Source of the DNA: an uncultured delta proteobacterium
GTDB lineage: Bacteria; Myxococcota; Myxococcia; Myxococcales; Myxococcaceae
Direction: 5' to 3'
Length of the DNA: 64,000 bases
Assembly (NCBI GenBank): GCA_963796055.1
Contig: CAWCKH010000004.1
Coordinates: 1,408,001-1,472,000, forward strand
Positions within the stretch are counted from its first letter, which is position 1, and each line of letters begins with the position of its first letter. The position numbers and the translations under genes were made by a program. The notes beneath the pieces are model-generated. The model saw only the letters and a list, made by a program, of their open reading frames with translations. It was not told the DNA's origin and did not search any database. This document shows positions 60,935-64,000 of the stretch, piece by piece.

Positions 60935-61699
60935 GTGGACCCCACCCGGCTCCGGAAGCTCCTCGAGGACGTGAAGCGCGGACGCGCCACCGTGGACGAG
61001 GCCGCTCTCGCGCTGGCCGATCTACCCTTCGCCGAGCTGGGCTACGCCACCGTGGACACGCACCGCAGCGTGCGCTTCGGGTTTCCCGAGGTGGTCTACG
61101 GCGAAGGAAAGGCCCCCGAGCAGCTCCTGGGCATCGTGGAGGTGCTGGTGCAACGCAGGCAGCCAGTGCTGGTGACCCGGCTCACCGAGGAGAAGGCGGC
61201 GCCGCTCCTCGCCCGGTGGCCCAAGGCCCGCTGGCACCCGCAGGCTCGCATCTTCCATCTCCCGCAGGGGCGCCTCCGGGCGGGGCGGGTGGCGGTGGCC
61301 TGCGCCGGGACCAGCGACGTCCCGGTGGCCGAGGAGGCCGCGCTCACCGCCGAGGCGATGGGGGCCAACGTCGCCCGGATCTACGACGTGGGGGTGGCCG
61401 GGCTGCACCGCCTCCTGAAGCGCCGGAGCGAGATCCAGCAGGCGCACGTCGCGGTGGCGGTCGCGGGGATGGAGGGCGCCCTGGCCTCCGTCGTCGGCGG
61501 ACTGGTGGGCATCCCGGTGGTGGCGGTGCCGACCAGCGTCGGCTACGGAGCGAACTTCAAGGGGCTCTCGGCTCTCCTCACCATGCTCAACTCCTGTGCC
61601 TCCAACGTCGCCGTGGTCAACATCGACAACGGTTTCGGCGCGGGCTTCTACGCGGCGCTGGTCTCGCGCAGCGTCACCCGGACGGGCAGGGGCCGATGA
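60935..61699 (+). CDS. larB: Nickel-pincer cofactor biosynthesis protein LarB
   Basis: GFPEVVYGEGK, AGTSD, DVGVAG, GMEGAL, PTSVGYG, NIDNGFGA. Confidence 0.93.
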   Translation: MDPTRLRKLLEDVKRGRATVDEAALALADLPFAELGYATVDTHRSVRFGFPEVVYGEGKAPEQLLGIVEVLVQRRQPVLVTRLTEEKAAPLLARWPKARWHPQARIFHLPQGRLRAGRVAVACAGTSDVPVAEEAALTAEAMGANVARIYDVGVAGLHRLLKRRSEIQQAHVAVAVAGMEGALASVVGGLVGIPVVAVPTSVGYGANFKGLSALLTMLNSCASNVAVVNIDNGFGAGFYAALVSRSVTRTGRGR

Positions 61700-62871
61700 G
61701 CGCGTCCACGGTCCTCTACCTCGAGCCGGTGGGCGGCATCGCCGGGGACATGTTCCTCGCCGCGATGCTCGATCTCGGGGTGGACCCGGGCGCGCTGGAG
61801 TCCGGGCTGCGCACCCTCGGCCTGGAGGGCTGGGGATTCGAGGCGAGCCGCGCTGTCCGCCAGACGATCGCCGGGGTGCACCTGAACGTCGAGGTCTCGC
61901 CCGAGGTTCCGCACGTGCACCGCGGACTGACCGAGATCCTCGGGCGCATCGAGGCCAGCGCGCTCCCGCCGCGGGCGAAGGCCCAGGCCCGCGCGGTGTT
62001 CGAGGTGATCGGCCGGGCCGAGGCGAAGATCCACGACGTGCCGCTGGAGTCGGTCCACTTCCACGAGCTGGGCGCGCTGGACAGCATCGTCGACGTCTGC
62101 GGCGCGGCCCTGGCCCTGGAGCTGCTCGGGCAACCGGAGTTGGTCTCCGCGCCGCCCCCGCTGGGCAGCGGGATGGTGGAAACGATGCACGGGCGTCTTC
62201 CGGTGCCGGTCCCGGCCACCCTGGAGATCCTCCGCGACATGCCCGTGCGCTTCGAGGGGCAGGGCGAGCTGACCACCCCCACCGGCGCGGCGCTGCTGCG
62301 CGCCCTGACCCGCGCCGGCCCGCCTCCGCCGATGCGCCTGCTGCGGACCGGCTATGGGCTCGGCCGCCGCGAGCTGCCGGACCGCCCCAACGTGCTCCGT
62401 GCCACGCTCGGCATCCCCGTCGAGGCCTCGGCCGGCGAGGTCTGGGAGCTGGCCGTCACCCTGGACGACGCCACCCCTCAGCTGCTCGGGTACCTGGTGG
62501 AGACCCTGCTCGCCCACGGTGCGCTGGATGTCTGGGTGGCGCCGGTGACCCTGAAGAAGAGCCGGCCGGGTCACGTGCTCTCGGTCCTGGTGGCCGCAGC
62601 CGAACGCGAGCGGGTGGTCCGGCGGCTCCTCCGTGAGTCCCCCACGCTGGGAGTGCGGGCCTGGCCGGTCCAGCGCACGGTGCTCGACCGCACCCACGTG
62701 GAGGTGGAGACTGCCCACGGCCCGGTCCGGGTGAAGGTGGGAAGTCTGGGAGGGGAGACGCTGAACGCGGCCCCAGAATACGAGGACGTGCGGGCCCGCG
62801 CCGAGGCGGCCGGCGTTCCCTTCAAGCAGGTGTGGGCCGAGGCCCTGGCGGCGTACGCTCGCCGCCGCTGA
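61696..62871 (+). CDS. larC: Nickel insertase LarC
   Basis: GIAGDM, VHFHELGALDSIVD, GELTTPTG, KKSRPG, PEYED. Confidence 0.92.
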   Translation: MSASTVLYLEPVGGIAGDMFLAAMLDLGVDPGALESGLRTLGLEGWGFEASRAVRQTIAGVHLNVEVSPEVPHVHRGLTEILGRIEASALPPRAKAQARAVFEVIGRAEAKIHDVPLESVHFHELGALDSIVDVCGAALALELLGQPELVSAPPPLGSGMVETMHGRLPVPVPATLEILRDMPVRFEGQGELTTPTGAALLRALTRAGPPPPMRLLRTGYGLGRRELPDRPNVLRATLGIPVEASAGEVWELAVTLDDATPQLLGYLVETLLAHGALDVWVAPVTLKKSRPGHVLSVLVAAAERERVVRRLLRESPTLGVRAWPVQRTVLDRTHVEVETAHGPVRVKVGSLGGETLNAAPEYEDVRARAEAAGVPFKQVWAEALAAYARRR

Positions 62872-62912
62872 ACGCTCCGGGGTTCCCTGGAGCCTGACGA
62901 CGGGAGGACGAG

Positions 62913-63272
62913 ATGCCCGAACAGCAGTGGGACGAAAGGCTGCTCGAGTTCGTGAGGAAGACCGGCGAGGACCTCAAGCGCACCGGAGAGGAGCTGCTCG
63001 GCGAGGCCCAGCGCACGCTCGACGAGCTGAGGGATCCGGCGCAGGCGGAGCGTCTGAAGGCCCGTGTGGCCGAGCTGCGCACCTGGGCGAAGTCCAAGTT
63101 CATCGAGGCGCGGGAGCGGGCCGAGGACGCGCTCGGGGTGGAGCGACCGAAGGTGGCACCCACCCGGTCGGCCAAGACCCGCAGACCGGCGGCCAAGAAG
63201 GCCAAGGGCGGCGCCGGGACTACACGGCGCGCCGGCGGAGGCGGCAAGCGGCCAAAGCGCCGTTCACGCTGA
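62913..63272 (+). CDS. Hypothetical helical protein with basic tail
   Basis: GGAGG RBS; amphipathic N-terminal half; Lys/Arg-rich C-terminus. Confidence 0.7.
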   Translation: MPEQQWDERLLEFVRKTGEDLKRTGEELLGEAQRTLDELRDPAQAERLKARVAELRTWAKSKFIEARERAEDALGVERPKVAPTRSAKTRRPAAKKAKGGAGTTRRAGGGGKRPKRRSR

Positions 63273-63320
63273 TCCCGGTCCGCCTCACGTCCGTCACCTG
63301 TGTCAGAATCGACGCTTCCG

Positions 63321-64000
63321 GTGGGCTCCGAGACAGGCAAGTTTTCCGCGGACATCGGCGAGGACGTCATCGCCGCGGCCCTGAAGAGCGTGGACAAGCA
63401 GCGCGAGCCCGCGCCCGCCGAGGCGTCCGCGTCACCGGCCGTCGAGGGCGGGAGCGAGGAGCGCGACGCGCTCGCGGCACGGGTCGAGGCGCTCGAGGCC
63501 CGCGAGGGCGAACTGTCGACGCAGCTGAACCAGGAGCGGGAGCGCACACTGCGCGCCCTGGCGGACCTGGACAACGCGCGGAAGCGAGCCCAGCGCGAGC
63601 GGGAGGAGGTCGTCCGCTTCGGACTGGAACGCGTCTTGAAAGACCTCCTCCCCGTCGTGGACAACCTGGACCGGGCGCTCGACCTCGGCGAGCGGTCCGG
63701 CAAGTGGGACGGGCTCGCCGAGGGCGTGCGGATGACACGCAAGCTGCTGGAGGACACGCTGGCCAGGCAAGGGCTCAAGGCGTTCAGCGCGCGGGGCAAG
63801 CCGTTCGACCCGAACCTGCACGAGGCGATGGGACACGAGGACCGAGAGGACCTGCCGGTGAACACCGTCAGCACCGAGGTGCTCCGTGGCTTCACCCTCC
63901 ACGACCGGCTGCTGCGCCCCGCCCTGGTGATGGTCGCCCGTCCACCCACGCCTGCGGTAGAGGTGAACGCCGCGCCGGCGGACGCCGCGGAGCCAGGGGT
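63321..64000 (+). CDS. grpE: Nucleotide exchange factor GrpE (runs off the window)
   Basis: LRALADLDNARKR, LLPVVDNLDRAL, FDPNLHEAM, GFTLHDRLLRPALVMV. Confidence 0.93.
   Translation, partial: MGSETGKFSADIGEDVIAAALKSVDKQREPAPAEASASPAVEGGSEERDALAARVEALEAREGELSTQLNQERERTLRALADLDNARKRAQREREEVVRFGLERVLKDLLPVVDNLDRALDLGERSGKWDGLAEGVRMTRKLLEDTLARQGLKAFSARGKPFDPNLHEAMGHEDREDLPVNTVSTEVLRGFTLHDRLLRPALVMVARPPTPAVEVNAAPADAAEPG

Overview
GC-rich myxobacterial (Myxococcales-like) chromosomal segment, judged from aibR-mvaS, an MglA/SofG-type GTPase and a dif-type chemosensory cluster. The backbone is mostly housekeeping and signalling genes: mreB, dapD, glpK, hemF, glnA, hrcA, a DinG/YoaA helicase, thiL, difA/C/D/E/G, larB/C and grpE (truncated by the window end). 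I saw no rRNA, tRNA, CRISPR array, transposase, prophage or defence island. The more notable items are: (i) eukaryote-type lipid enzymes, namely an alkaline ceramidase and a steroid 5-alpha-reductase co-oriented with an ABHD-like hydrolase and a P450; (ii) a kinase-coupled ECF sigma factor followed by an unannotated 51-aa membrane microprotein and a secreted tandem-domain protein; (iii) an aib locus reduced to aibR-mvaS that keeps its operator; (iv) a LytS/LytTR pair with a catalytically dead LytS paralogue; (v) a 22-bp REP-like palindrome in three identical copies and a ~182-bp MITE-like element; (vi) several gene remnants shredded by internal deletions, plus two single-base frameshifts (glnA and a CreD-like gene) that may be sequencing errors. 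All assignments rest on motif recognition and recalled family knowledge; no database searches were run.
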